A DNA stretch of 64,000 nucleotides from NCBI GenBank assembly GCA_938036625.1, contig CALHQH010000046.1:11034-75033 (forward strand), written 5' to 3'. Origin of the DNA: an uncultured Candidatus Saccharibacteria bacterium (GTDB taxonomy: Bacteria > Patescibacteriota > Saccharimonadia > Saccharimonadales > Saccharimonadaceae). Every line of letters starts with the position of its first letter. The stretch's first letter is position 1. The position numbers and the translations under genes were made by a program. This document shows positions 9,559-19,616 of the stretch, in pieces. Under the pieces are notes generated by a model. That model did no database searches, was not told the DNA's origin, and saw only the letters and a list, made by a program, of their open reading frames with translations.

Positions 9559-10176
9559 TTATTTGTTCTGCGTCGCCTGCTGCACATACGCCACTGCTCG
9601 GACGAAGTCGTCGATGAGCGTCTGGCGCATGGCACCGTTGTATAGCGCAGCGGCTGGGTGGTAAAGCGGAATGACGACGAACTCTCGCTCGTGCAAGCGC
9701 ACTTTGCGCGGCTGGCCATGGTCGCGGCTAATGCGTAGATCGGGGATGAATCCACCACCACTGTGCCGCCCAAGCGTCAGCACCGCCTTTGGCTGGATAA
9801 TATCGAGCTGCTGCATGAGGTACGGCCAAAAGGCGCGCTTCTCCTCCGGCAGTGGGTCGCGATTATTGGGTGGGCGATATTTAACGATATTGGTAATATA
9901 CACATCGCTGCGCACCAGGCCAGCTGTAGCGAGCATTTCGTCGAGGAACTTCCCCGCCGCCCCCACAAAGGGCTTGCCCTGCAGGTCTTCATTTTTACCG
10001 GGCGCTTCTCCCACAAAGACGATGTCGGCATTGGGATTGCCATCGCCCAGCACCAGCTGCGTGGCCTGGGCAGCCAGCTCGGGGCAGAGCTTGGCAGCGA
10101 TAATCTCCTCAGCAAGGTGCGCTAGCTGAGCGGCTTGGGTTTGGTCTGGCGTGGATGGGTCAAGTGGATGGGTCAT
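9559..10176 (-). CDS. uracil-DNA glycosylase, family 4
   Basis: IVFVGEAPGKNEDLQGKPFVGAAGKFLDEML and YHPAAALYN motifs. Start set at ATG 10176 (MTHPLDP), which is preceded by TATACT-N6. Confidence 0.8.
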   Translation of the reverse strand: MTHPLDPSTPDQTQAAQLAHLAEEIIAAKLCPELAAQATQLVLGDGNPNADIVFVGEAPGKNEDLQGKPFVGAAGKFLDEMLATAGLVRSDVYITNIVKYRPPNNRDPLPEEKRAFWPYLMQQLDIIQPKAVLTLGRHSGGGFIPDLRISRDHGQPRKVRLHEREFVVIPLYHPAAALYNGAMRQTLIDDFVRAVAYVQQATQNK

Positions 10177-10182
10177 ACACCC

Positions 10183-10188
10183 AGTATA
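10183..10188 (-). promoter_or_regulatory. -10 box TATACT, 6 nt upstream of the ATG (leaderless-type start)
   Basis: Minus strand reads TATACT gggtgt ATG. Confidence 0.5.
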
Positions 10189-10318
10189 ACAATCGATGGG
10201 CGGGTGGAGCAAAAAATGATACTCTAGTAGCGCATCACGTATGAAATGTATCAAAAACACCCCCACAAAAGGAGGTGTTTTGCCATGCGAGGAAGCGACG
10301 CGCTGAGAGTGCTGCTCC

Positions 10319-12568
10319 CTACTCCGTTTGGTTTGCCTCTGGGTCGGTGAGCTTGCGCACCATGGGCAATACTAGGTAGATGCCGATGATAGCGGCGAGC
10401 AGCCCCCCACCAACGATGCCGAAGTACAGCGGCGAGAGCGTTGGCTTGAGCGAGGCAGAGAAGGTCGTGATGAAGACGGTACCAACCCACACCCCAATGG
10501 CGCACGAGAGGAGCGAGACGCTCAGCAGCGGTACCAGCGACTCCGTCATGATGAGGCGCTTGAGCTGGCCCAGGCGCATGCCACCGAGGCGCAGCGTGTA
10601 GAGCGAGCGGCGGCGCTCAAACAATCCACCAATCGTCGAGACGATCAAGCTTGCCACTGCGACGAAGAGCGTCACACCCATGCCAGCGTAGGCCATCTCG
10701 GCGAAGTTTTTGATGATCGGGTTGATCTGCGGGTGCTTCTCGAAGTCCCCACTGCGGATGTAGAGGAAGTCCTGCGGAGTCTGGCGGGCATATGTGAGAG
10801 CACGCACCTTCTCCACGTCATCATTATGGGCAACGGTCAGGAGATAATCCTTAGGGCCATTGGTGTTGACTGGCTGCTCAGCAAGTGAGACAGTCTTGAC
10901 GACGGCACCGTTGAAGTCGAGCAAAGCATAGTGATCACCCTGTGCACTGCTGGGGCAGCTGTGCTCGGTGTAGATCGCCAGGTCGCTACAGCGGATGGCA
11001 CGAGTTTGGACGCGGCCATTGTCACCAGCAATAGGATACATTGGGGCAACATTGGTGATGTATGGCTGCTCGCTCAGGATCTTTTGGGTATCGGGCTGCA
11101 AGGTATGATCTTGCGAAGTGATCGCTACAGCGTTGCTGCGCAGCTGCGAGTAGCCGTTGTTGGCCACCGATGAAGCGTTGAGGGCATCAATACCACTCAC
11201 TGCCGAGAGGTAGAAGCTCCCCGCAAAGAGGGCCAGCACTACCCCGCTCACACTGCGGAAGACAGCCTGCGAATGGACGGCAATTCGCTTACCCGCGATC
11301 AATGCCGAGCCACTGCGTGCATAGCGTGCCACGATGCGAGCAATTTTATTCGTCAGCCAGCCACCAGCCAGCACCAGGCCAAACATTACACTAAGGAAGG
11401 CTGCGAAGAGAATGAGGGTCGGTGTAGAGCTCTCACTTGCTCGCTCAGCCATCCAGTCGTGCCCAGGCTTCGACGCCATCCAGCCAAAGATACTAAGGCC
11501 AAATGCCAGGGGGATGACGCGCCACACCCGCAGCTTCTTTGCCTTTTCGGCTGAGCGCGAGACGCCCAGTGGCGAGAGCTGCGCCTTGCGCATCCGGCGC
11601 CAGTTGACATACGTCGTCAGGCCAAGGGTCACGCCAACAATGACGACATACTGGTACCACTGCAGCGCGAGATCAGCTGGCCAGAAACGCATGTCGCCAT
11701 AGGAGAAACCATAAAGCGAGCTCTGTGTGAGTGTGAATACAACGAGACCCAGCACCACACCAGCCAGCGAGGCCAGCAGCGACTCGAGCAGCAGCACACG
11801 GGCCACTTGCCCCTTGGTCGCGCCCACTAAGCGCAGGGCGGCGTAGCGCTTCTCGCGCTGTGCCCCACCCAGCTGTGTAGCAACAGCAACGAAGGTGACG
11901 ATTGGGAAGAGCAAGATCGATCCGCCCACAACCAGCATCATCAGCGAGAATGGGTCGAAGGCGACGCTCTGCGCTGTGCCATTGACATCGGTAATGTAGA
12001 CGTCTGTGTAGGAGTTGGGCTGCCCATTTTTCTTAGCATATTGGTTGCTCTTCTCAACCTCCTCCGCACTCACACCCTTGACCAAGTACAGGTCATCGGG
12101 GCTAGCAGAGTACTCGTCTGGCAGTGTGCCAAGGTTGGTGGTGAGGCCAGCAAAGCGCTCGAGAATCTTGTCCTCCGGGTGCTTGGCGATCGCCGCTGCT
12201 AAGCCCTTGGAGAGGTAGTATTCGCCTGCCTTTGGTGTGTCTATCTTGGCAAATTTGGCGGACTTCTCAGTGCCCTGCAGCGAGATGACGCTAATCGTCT
12301 TGCCTCGCCACTCATCTTTGTTGCCCCGCTCGATGCCACCAGCTTTGAGTGGCGCTTGGCCAGTCGCTTGTGGCTTTTGGGGTGTACGCTGAGCCTGTGT
12401 AATGGTATTCGAGATAATCGTTCGGTTTTGGCGGCCCACCAAGCCATTGAGCCCAGCGGCCATATAGCACAGCATGACGATGCCAAGCGAGATAGCTGCT
12501 GCCGTCAGGCCCAGGCGCATCATTGATTGCCGGCCCGATTTTTTTAGTAATAACCAACTGATGCTCAT
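10319..12568 (-). CDS. ABC transporter permease, FtsX/MacB-like with two FtsX TM modules
   Basis: 749 aa, two 4-TM blocks separated by large extracytoplasmic regions. ATG 12568 lies 1 nt after the stop of the ATPase gene. Confidence 0.8.
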   Translation of the reverse strand: MSISWLLLKKSGRQSMMRLGLTAAAISLGIVMLCYMAAGLNGLVGRQNRTIISNTITQAQRTPQKPQATGQAPLKAGGIERGNKDEWRGKTISVISLQGTEKSAKFAKIDTPKAGEYYLSKGLAAAIAKHPEDKILERFAGLTTNLGTLPDEYSASPDDLYLVKGVSAEEVEKSNQYAKKNGQPNSYTDVYITDVNGTAQSVAFDPFSLMMLVVGGSILLFPIVTFVAVATQLGGAQREKRYAALRLVGATKGQVARVLLLESLLASLAGVVLGLVVFTLTQSSLYGFSYGDMRFWPADLALQWYQYVVIVGVTLGLTTYVNWRRMRKAQLSPLGVSRSAEKAKKLRVWRVIPLAFGLSIFGWMASKPGHDWMAERASESSTPTLILFAAFLSVMFGLVLAGGWLTNKIARIVARYARSGSALIAGKRIAVHSQAVFRSVSGVVLALFAGSFYLSAVSGIDALNASSVANNGYSQLRSNAVAITSQDHTLQPDTQKILSEQPYITNVAPMYPIAGDNGRVQTRAIRCSDLAIYTEHSCPSSAQGDHYALLDFNGAVVKTVSLAEQPVNTNGPKDYLLTVAHNDDVEKVRALTYARQTPQDFLYIRSGDFEKHPQINPIIKNFAEMAYAGMGVTLFVAVASLIVSTIGGLFERRRSLYTLRLGGMRLGQLKRLIMTESLVPLLSVSLLSCAIGVWVGTVFITTFSASLKPTLSPLYFGIVGGGLLAAIIGIYLVLPMVRKLTDPEANQTE

Positions 12569-12569
12569 A

Positions 12570-13250
12570 CTACATCCCTCCCGAGATCTGCCCATCGCGC
12601 ACGATGATCTCACGGTCGGCATAGGCAGCAATAGTTGGCTCGTGGGTCACCATAATCACGGTGGTACCGTATTGCTTGGCAGTGGCGATAAATAACTCCA
12701 TCACACGCTGCGAGTTGAGGCTGTCGAGTGAGCCGGTTGGCTCATCAGCAAAGAGCACCTTCGGCTTGATGACCATTGCCCGGGCAATTGCCACCCGCTG
12801 CATCTGCCCACCAGAGAGTTCACCCAGCATGTTACCTGCCTTATTGCCTAGCTCCACATTGTCCAGCCAGCGTTGGGCTGCTTTGTACGCTACGGCACGC
12901 TTCTCGCCATTGAGCAGCAGTGGAAGTGCCACATTATCCAGGGCGGTGAGCTCTGGCACGAGCTGCCCAAACTGGAAGACAAAGCCAAAGGCTGTGCGCC
13001 TGAGGACGCTCCGCTGATCGTCATTGAGCTTGTCGATCCGCTTACCTGCGCAGTGAATCTCGCCACTGTCGACAGGGGTAATCGCCGCTAAACTATGGAG
13101 CAATGTACTCTTACCCGAGCCGCTTGGCCCCATAATAGCTAGCACTTCGCCCGGCATTACATCCAGCGACACGCCGCGCAATGCTTCCGTCTGGCCGAAG
13201 GATTTCTTCAGGTTGCGGGCGCTAATGATTGGTTGGTTGGTTGGTCTCAT
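12570..13250 (-). CDS. ABC transporter ATP-binding protein (MacB/LolD-like)
   Basis: Walker A GPSGSGKST, signature LSGGQMQRVAIARA, Walker B VLFADEPTGSLD. Confidence 0.9.
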   Translation of the reverse strand: MRPTNQPIISARNLKKSFGQTEALRGVSLDVMPGEVLAIMGPSGSGKSTLLHSLAAITPVDSGEIHCAGKRIDKLNDDQRSVLRRTAFGFVFQFGQLVPELTALDNVALPLLLNGEKRAVAYKAAQRWLDNVELGNKAGNMLGELSGGQMQRVAIARAMVIKPKVLFADEPTGSLDSLNSQRVMELFIATAKQYGTTVIMVTHEPTIAAYADREIIVRDGQISGGM

Positions 13251-13773
13251 TGGTCAGTTCCTCCTTGAGTTTGGTTAAGCGCGACGTCGTTAGCTCAATC
13301 CAGCGCAGGTCTGCCTCCAGATGGTACAGTGCGTGGTCGATGAGTAGCGTGTCGGCTAGGTTACTTTCGCGGCGGCGGCTTGTGAGGCTGCGCATCCGCT
13401 GGATGTGGGCTTGCCGCTGGTTGTCTAGGTAGGGCGCGGCATCACCTTCGCGCAGGATTGCCAGCACGGTCTTGACGTACATATTGGCCTGCGACTGATG
13501 CGATGGCACCTCAGGCGCCTCCAGCCAAGCCTGCAGGTCTTGCTTGCCCTGCTCAGTAATAGCGTAGCGTACCCGGTCTGGCCCACCAGACTCACTGGTG
13601 TCGGCAACCTCTTCCACTTTGTTGTCGCGTTTTAAGCGCCCCAACGTCGAGTAGACTTGCCCTGGCAAAATTGGCTTATCTTTGCCAAAGAAACCATCGT
13701 ACTGCTTCTTCAGCTCGTAGCCATAGTTTGGCGTATTCGCCAACAATCCGAGTAATGTATATTGAACGTTCAT
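13222..13773 (-). CDS. PadR family transcriptional regulator
   Basis: YTLLGLLANTPNYGYELKKQY..PGQVYSTLGRLKRDNKVE. First gene of the PadR-ATPase-permease operon. Confidence 0.85.
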   Translation of the reverse strand: MNVQYTLLGLLANTPNYGYELKKQYDGFFGKDKPILPGQVYSTLGRLKRDNKVEEVADTSESGGPDRVRYAITEQGKQDLQAWLEAPEVPSHQSQANMYVKTVLAILREGDAAPYLDNQRQAHIQRMRSLTSRRRESNLADTLLIDHALYHLEADLRWIELTTSRLTKLKEELTNETNQPTNH

Positions 13774-13815
13774 ATCTCCACTATACACCGAGTGACTAGC
13801 GAGTGCAAGCCTTAT

Positions 13816-13832
13816 TATACACTTAGTGTATA
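13816..13832. promoter_or_regulatory. perfect 7-3-7 palindrome TATACAC-TTA-GTGTATA overlapping the -10 (TATAAT) of the PadR operon; candidate PadR operator
   Basis: Seen directly. An extra GTGTATA half-site lies next to the start codon. Confidence 0.45.
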
Positions 13833-14147
13833 GTTTGGATAAGTTCTTGAGAGACGCAGTGGGTAATGTGAGCGTCTACCTCTGTTATTCCGTCCACTCT
13901 CTGTCTTTCTTGGTAGCCCAGTTTGGTGTCTTGCCCTGGTGCTGCCCTGCACTTTTATCAATATAAACCTCACTTACTACTGGCAAATACTACACCAGCG
14001 CACAGCCAGGCTTATTTGCCGACAAGTGACGCACTAGCTAGGCTATTTGGGTATAATAGTTGGTAATCGTGCACAAGCTTGGTTCGTCGTTGCCATTTAC
14101 TGCCTATAGCAACCTAACACTAGTCAAGAAACAGACATAGGCACAAC

Positions 14148-14178
14148 AAAAAACACCCCAGCATTATCTGGGGTGTTT
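14148..14178 (-). terminator. rho-independent terminator of the 14221..15279 gene
   Basis: CACCCCA pairs with TGGGGTG, followed by TTTTTTG on the minus strand. Confidence 0.7.
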
Positions 14179-14220
14179 GCACACGATACGTCGAGAGACG
14201 ATCTATCTCATGGCCAATGA

Positions 14221-15279
14221 TTAGTCGCCAAGGGTATCCATCTTGCCCTTGGTGCGCAAGATATCGCGCAGTTCGCGGACAGATTCTTTGCTCGATGACT
14301 GTGCATCTTTGAGCTTGTCGTAGAGCGACTTCGTCAAAGATGTGCTTGGGATCTCGGGGCGCTTTGGTGAGCCACCGCTGCTATCACGGTTCTTGTAGTA
14401 GTTGACGAGCGCTACGTAGTAGGCGCGCATCTCTTTGCGGTACTTAATCTGCTCGTTGGCATAGTCGCGCACGCTGGCGTATTGTGAGTCTTTCATCTTA
14501 TTGAGGGCGTTAAGGCAAGATTTTTGCTGCTCATCATACTTCTGGCCAGCTTCATCACCAGATGCGCTGCTGAGTGGCGAGCTGTAGCTCGTGCGGCACG
14601 AACTGCTGTATTCTTTGTAGGCAGTAGCGACAGCGCCCGATTCTTTGAGTAGCGGCTTAACTTTTTCGTAATCATCCTTGTACTTTTCGAAGGCCTTCTT
14701 TACCTCGCTATCGCGCATCGCAGCAGTCTTGCCGAGCTTGTCGAAGTGGTCATCCGCCTTGCGCACCACCTCGTTGATTGACGTTTCTGGGTCTGACCTG
14801 TCTATATTAAGGCTGGTTGAGTCGAAGCTATTCATCATAGCGTATGCCTTGCGGTAATCCTCGGTGCTTGGTCCCGAGAAAAGCATGACACATACAATAA
14901 TGATGACAATCAGGACAAATACACCGACGCCACCACCGATCAAACTCCATAGCAAGCCCTTGCTCATGCCCTGCTTGGGTGGCATTGGGCCCATTGGCCG
15001 GCCTGGCTGTGGCTGCATTGGCTGAGGTTGGCCTGGTGCTGGCTGAGCTGGTTGCTGTGAAATGGGTTGAGGTTGAGGCTGGGGCTGAGCTGCAGGGGCT
15101 GGCCCAGCAGCTGGCTGTGGAGCAGCAGGAGTAGGCTGCTCAGTTGGTGCTGGCCCAGCGGCAGCACGCTTGCTGGCCAGAGCGGCCTTCTCTTCCTCAG
15201 TATAAGGTGGGTTATTCATATCAAAGGTTGGGACAGCCTCTGGGGGTTGCTCCTGGGGGGTTGCTGGTTGATTACTCAT
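14221..15279 (-). CDS. membrane protein with P/Q-rich N-terminal tail, one TM helix and a Lys/Tyr-rich extracytoplasmic domain
   Basis: AAGGAG RBS. PQPQPQP repeats, then GLLWSLIGGGVGVFVLIVIIIVCVMLF. Confidence 0.7.
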   Translation of the reverse strand: MSNQPATPQEQPPEAVPTFDMNNPPYTEEEKAALASKRAAAGPAPTEQPTPAAPQPAAGPAPAAQPQPQPQPISQQPAQPAPGQPQPMQPQPGRPMGPMPPKQGMSKGLLWSLIGGGVGVFVLIVIIIVCVMLFSGPSTEDYRKAYAMMNSFDSTSLNIDRSDPETSINEVVRKADDHFDKLGKTAAMRDSEVKKAFEKYKDDYEKVKPLLKESGAVATAYKEYSSSCRTSYSSPLSSASGDEAGQKYDEQQKSCLNALNKMKDSQYASVRDYANEQIKYRKEMRAYYVALVNYYKNRDSSGGSPKRPEIPSTSLTKSLYDKLKDAQSSSKESVRELRDILRTKGKMDTLGD

Positions 15280-15317
15280 GCATCTCCTTGTTAACTTGGC
15301 TATTATTCACCATAACT

Positions 15318-15346
15318 ATTATACCGGAATAGCAGCAATTGGCCAA
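15318..15346 (-). promoter_or_regulatory. sigma-70 type promoter (TTGGCC-N17-TATAAT)
   Basis: Minus-strand read upstream of ATG 15279. Confidence 0.45.
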
Positions 15347-15430
15347 TATATATCTTGCTGTGGCTGCGCGCCCTCCTATCCTTCACATCCACTCATACAG
15401 CACCAAAGAAAGCGGAGGTTGTTACCAGCA

Positions 15431-15461
15431 AAACACCCCACGCATCCTTGCTGGGGTGTTT
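15431..15461 (-). terminator. rho-independent terminator of pnp
   Basis: CACCCCA pairs with TGGGGTG, followed by TTTTGC on the minus strand. Confidence 0.6.
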
Positions 15462-15493
15462 GTCTTCTGTTGCGAGGCTCGTGCTCAGATCTG

Positions 15494-17611
15494 CTACAAT
15501 CCAATCATCGTCAGATTAATCTTGCCGCGCTCGTCAATGCCGGTGATCTTCACCTGCACAGTCTGGCCTTCTTGCACGACATCTGTTACCTTACCAACTC
15601 GGCCTTTAGCGAGCTTCGAGATATGCACCATCCCGTCCACGCCAGGCAGGATGTTCACAAAGGCGCCAAAGTCCTTAATCGTCACTACAGTGCCGGTGTA
15701 GGTGCGGCCAACTTCGGGCTCTTCCACCAGGCTTTTAATCCAGGCCAGCGCCTTCTCGATCGCCTCGCCATTAGGGCTAGCAATGGTAATCAGGCCGTCC
15801 TCTTTAATATCCACCTCGGCGCCCGTTTCGTTAGTAATTTTATTGATGGTTTCACCGCCCTTACCAATGACGGCACCAATTTTATCCGGGTTAATCTTGA
15901 GCTTTTCGATGCGCGGCGCATAGGGGCTGAGTTCTTTACGTGGGCCAGGCAGTACACTCAGCATGTGCTCCAGGATGTGGGCGCGGCCAGCCTTACTCTG
16001 CTCCAGCGCCTGGCGCAGCACCTGCACGGGCAGGCCATGTACCTTCATATCCATCTGCAGGGCGGTGATACCCTTGCTCGTACCCGTCACCTTAAAGTCC
16101 ATGTCGCCGGCAAAGTCCTCGGCGTCGGCAATGTCGCTCAGTACGTAGGGTGTGTCGCCGTCCATCATCAGGCCCATGGCAATACCGCTAACCGGGGCTT
16201 TGATGGGCACGCCAGCATCCATCAAGGCCAAGCAGCTACTACAGGTGGCCGCCATGCTGGTGGAGCCGTTTTGGCTCATGATTTCTGTCACGCTGCGGAT
16301 GGCATAGGGGAACTCTTCTTCGCTCGGTAGCACTGCCGTAAGGGCACGCTCCGCCAGGTAGCCGTGGCCAATCTCACGCCGGCCCGGGCTGCCCAGGCGC
16401 TTGACCTCACCCACCGTGTAGCCGGGGGCGTTGTAGTGGTGCATGTAGCGGCGCTCGCCTTCTGTCACCTCCATGGTATCGACCAGCTGCGCGTAGCTGA
16501 GCGGCGCTAGCGTCACGATATTCATACCCTGCGTCACCCCGCGGGTAAACAGGCTGCTACCGTGGGTGCGTGGCAAAATACCAACTTCACTCGAGAGCGG
16601 GCGGATTTCCGTCAGGGCGCGGCCATCGGGGCGGGTGTGCTCCTCCACAATGCCGCGGCGTACATCGTTGTGTAGTGCCAGGGTAAAGGCTTCGTCGTAC
16701 TCATCACGCACCGCGGCGTATTCCTCGCCGTCAAGGCCGAGCTGCTCGGCCATGGCCTCGTGGAAGGCCCAGCGGATTTCGTTCACAACTTCATTGCGCT
16801 CGGGGTATGGGCGGCGGATCTTCTCGCCCAGTTTGCCATCAACCCATTGGTTGGCGACTGCTTGGATATCTTCGTTTGGCAAGACCAGCTCGTATTCCTG
16901 CGGTGCTGGTGCTACCTTATTCGCGAGCTCGCGCTGCAGCGCGATAGCTGGCTGCATCGCTTGGTGCGCCCAGGCTATGGCATCGACGATAACGTCCTCG
17001 GGCACTTCTTTCGCGCCGGCTTCCACCATGGTAATGCCGCGCTCGATCCCTGCCACCACGAGGTCAAGGTCGGACTGCTCGCGCTCCTCTGGGCTGAGGA
17101 AGGCTTTAAACTCACCATTCACCCGGCCCACGCGCAGGCCCGCCACTGGCCCGTCAAACGGCGTGCCCGTCAGCATCAGGGCGCTGCTGGCAGCAACCAT
17201 CGCCACCATATCGGGGCGGAAGCTTGGGTCCATGCTCAGCACGGTGGCCACCACTTGCACTTCCTGGCGGTAGCCTTTGGGGAATAGGGGGCGGATCGGC
17301 CGGTCGATCAGGCGGCCAATCAGCACCGCTTCGTCGCTCGGGCGGCCCTCGCGCTTAATAAAGCGGCTGCCGCTGATCTTGCCCGAGGCATAGAACTTCT
17401 CTTCGTAGTCGATGCTAAGCGGGAAGTAATCCAGCGTCACCGGGCGGCTGCCCACCTGGGCGGTGCCCAGCACCACCGTATCGCCATAGCGCACCAGCAC
17501 ACTGGCCGTCGAGCGAAAGCCAACGCGGTTGACCTCCAGGGTGAGGGGCCGGCCGCATAGCTCGGTCGTTACAGCAAAGACATCTTTGCCGCTTGGGTTA
17601 ATAATACTCAT
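15494..17611 (-). CDS. pnp: polyribonucleotide nucleotidyltransferase (PNPase)
   Basis: Two RNase PH domains, a KH domain (GKGGETINKI) and an S1 domain (GTVVTIKDFGAFVNI). AAGGAG before ATG 17611 (MSIINPSG). Confidence 0.95.
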   Translation of the reverse strand: MSIINPSGKDVFAVTTELCGRPLTLEVNRVGFRSTASVLVRYGDTVVLGTAQVGSRPVTLDYFPLSIDYEEKFYASGKISGSRFIKREGRPSDEAVLIGRLIDRPIRPLFPKGYRQEVQVVATVLSMDPSFRPDMVAMVAASSALMLTGTPFDGPVAGLRVGRVNGEFKAFLSPEEREQSDLDLVVAGIERGITMVEAGAKEVPEDVIVDAIAWAHQAMQPAIALQRELANKVAPAPQEYELVLPNEDIQAVANQWVDGKLGEKIRRPYPERNEVVNEIRWAFHEAMAEQLGLDGEEYAAVRDEYDEAFTLALHNDVRRGIVEEHTRPDGRALTEIRPLSSEVGILPRTHGSSLFTRGVTQGMNIVTLAPLSYAQLVDTMEVTEGERRYMHHYNAPGYTVGEVKRLGSPGRREIGHGYLAERALTAVLPSEEEFPYAIRSVTEIMSQNGSTSMAATCSSCLALMDAGVPIKAPVSGIAMGLMMDGDTPYVLSDIADAEDFAGDMDFKVTGTSKGITALQMDMKVHGLPVQVLRQALEQSKAGRAHILEHMLSVLPGPRKELSPYAPRIEKLKINPDKIGAVIGKGGETINKITNETGAEVDIKEDGLITIASPNGEAIEKALAWIKSLVEEPEVGRTYTGTVVTIKDFGAFVNILPGVDGMVHISKLAKGRVGKVTDVVQEGQTVQVKITGIDERGKINLTMIGL

Positions 17612-17769
17612 ATAGAGCTCCTTTCTTGCGGCAAGTAACAGGGGTGAACGCTCGCTTTCATCATCTCCATGCAAGCCCTCAACGCTATCACTGCCGCGTT
17701 AATATACTCCCCTTAGTATACCGCATTTTGGGATATACTGGTAGTGCTTCGTATTGGATGACCTCGGGC

Positions 17770-18054
17770 TTACACGCCATCTGGGCTGTCACGGTCAATC
17801 ACCAGGCGCATCGTATTATCACCTTCGTAGGTGGTCTGCGAACCTTTTTTTATGCGGAGAATCTCTTTACTACCCTTGATTGCTGCACTGCCTATAAATC
17901 GTACGTACGTTGCGCTCAGCCATTCGACACCACGTGGCATAACCGTAATTTCTTCGCCACACTCCCCTATGACAGCAAACGAGACACCATTCTCCACTTT
18001 CTGTGGTTGGTCATAGATCATATACTCACTGCGTTGAGAGAGTTGTTTCTCCAA
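17770..18054 (-). CDS. hypothetical small protein
   Basis: 94-aa ORF with a TTG start in the track; an internal ATG gives MIYDQPQ. Low GC. No motif recognised. Confidence 0.4.
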   Translation of the reverse strand: MEKQLSQRSEYMIYDQPQKVENGVSFAVIGECGEEITVMPRGVEWLSATYVRFIGSAAIKGSKEILRIKKGSQTTYEGDNTMRLVIDRDSPDGV

Positions 18055-18320
18055 AACTGCTTTATATTAGCAAGTTATCCCAAGCTCGTCAATCAACCCC
18101 TCACCATAAGTATGCATAGCATAGCCTCATCACCTCTGTCCTTTATCCTTCTTCCCCATTACTCCATTCGGGTGGTGTGCAGCGACTAGTCGTAACAATA
18201 GTCGCCAGCCTTGATACAAAAGACCAGATAATCAGCCAAGGCCTGCGCTCACAACGCCAAGAGAAATAGTGAGAGTATAAAATATGTGAGAATTGGCGGC
18301 ATGTGCGACACACCTGCCGC

Positions 18321-19616
18321 TTATATCATCGTGTTGTCGTACCGGCTGCGGTTCTTCGTTTGGCGGCGCTTGCGGCCGACGAACCACCACCAGGCACCAC
18401 CGCCACCAGCTGCAGCGAGAACTACTGCTACAGCGATAAGGATGATGATCGTCCAGTTGGGCCCTTCCTCTTGCTTGCGCATGGTCGGTTGCTGGCGCTT
18501 TTTGCTTGGCTGCGACTTTTTCTTATCCTTCTTTTCGTCCTTTTTCTTGTCTTTGTCGTCTTTTTTCTTCTCCTCAGGCTTGGGAGCGGGCTTTGGTGCT
18601 GGCGCAGGCGCTGGCGCGGGCTGAGCCGTTACTTTCAGGCCAAAGGTGTCGGCGCAATCAGCCGTGAGCGGCGTGGCTGCACCCACTGGCACATTACCGC
18701 GCTGGATACTCCCCAGACCCGCCAAACCACCCAGCAAGGTAGATGAATCATTATACGGATTGATGTTTGGGTCTGCTTCCTCGGCTGGTGTGGTCGGGCC
18801 ACGATCGGAGGTCGTATACACCCAGCCAGCATTGCGCTCGCGGGCCTTGGCGACCACCTGGGCCTGCTGCTCATTGCTACCCACACTGTGGATGACGTGC
18901 CACATTTTGTAGGCGTTGGCTGGGTTTTTCTCGAAGTTGGTGGCCGTTGGGTGGTTTAGATCGTAGTAGCTATCGCTCAGGTAGCGCGCCGCCGAGGTCT
19001 CGGCATTCAAGAATACATCACCATAGGGCATGACGGATTCACCGAGGAAGCGTGTGCCTGCATTATGGATGACGATGGAACCAGGGTGCTTGACCTTGAC
19101 GTAGTTGTAGAGATTGGCCAGGTAGCAAGTCTTTTGGCCACTACTGTGGTTATCGGCTTCGTCAAAGAAAATCCCCTTCACATTGGGGTAGAGCGCATAC
19201 CAGCGGTCGATTTCTGCCGCCACCTCAGCAATATTGCGGGTCTGGCGGCCATGCTTGACGTAGCCAATGTATTTGACGCCAAGCGAATCGAGCCGCGCCA
19301 GGGCCTTTACATAATCACTACTAACCGCCGTACCTGGGCCGCTCGACGGGTTAACCACCGCAAAGGGCATCTTGCTCGAGACATTAGCCATATCATTCCA
19401 ATACTGATTATTGCCACCCTGCATGGGGTAGCTATAGGCTGGCATCATGATGGACTGCTGCGGCGCCAAAGCACTCACCTGTGGCGCAAGCAACTGACCC
19501 AGCACCGCTACGGTGGCCACAAACATCAGCACAGCCCGCCGTGCCTGCTGCATACTCCACCGCCTCGCCACACCCGTGGACGCCCGTGCTGCGTCTGTCA
19601 CATCCTGCATAGTCAC
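18321..19616 (-). CDS. spherulation-specific family 4 (spherulin-4-like) surface protein with K/D/P-rich linker and C-terminal TM anchor
   Basis: N-terminal signal-like helix. MPAYSYP..YWNDM..FAVVNPSSGPG..YIGYV..GIFFDEA..GWVYTTSD resembles the spherulin-4 family. C-terminus is PAPAPAPAPKPAPKPEEKKKDDKDKKK..WWWFVGRKRRQ. Confidence 0.65.
   Translation of the reverse strand: MTMQDVTDAARASTGVARRWSMQQARRAVLMFVATVAVLGQLLAPQVSALAPQQSIMMPAYSYPMQGGNNQYWNDMANVSSKMPFAVVNPSSGPGTAVSSDYVKALARLDSLGVKYIGYVKHGRQTRNIAEVAAEIDRWYALYPNVKGIFFDEADNHSSGQKTCYLANLYNYVKVKHPGSIVIHNAGTRFLGESVMPYGDVFLNAETSAARYLSDSYYDLNHPTATNFEKNPANAYKMWHVIHSVGSNEQQAQVVAKARERNAGWVYTTSDRGPTTPAEEADPNINPYNDSSTLLGGLAGLGSIQRGNVPVGAATPLTADCADTFGLKVTAQPAPAPAPAPKPAPKPEEKKKDDKDKKKDEKKDKKKSQPSKKRQQPTMRKQEEGPNWTIIILIAVAVVLAAAGGGGAWWWFVGRKRRQTKNRSRYDNTMI

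Noticed and set aside
15278-16330. Long plus-strand ORFs antisense to pnp (350 aa). The same pattern is seen at 2806..3696 and 1336..2139 (antisense to rnj), 39811..40716 (antisense to rpoD), 38525..39391 (minus strand, antisense to the kinase and P/Q-rich protein genes), 41333..42124, 50402..51178 and 55639..56448.
   Set aside because: They lie opposite genes with unmistakable conserved motifs. Their translations are Arg/Ala/His/Leu-rich low-information strings typical of shadow ORFs in high-GC3 coding DNA. They lack RBS and promoter signals.
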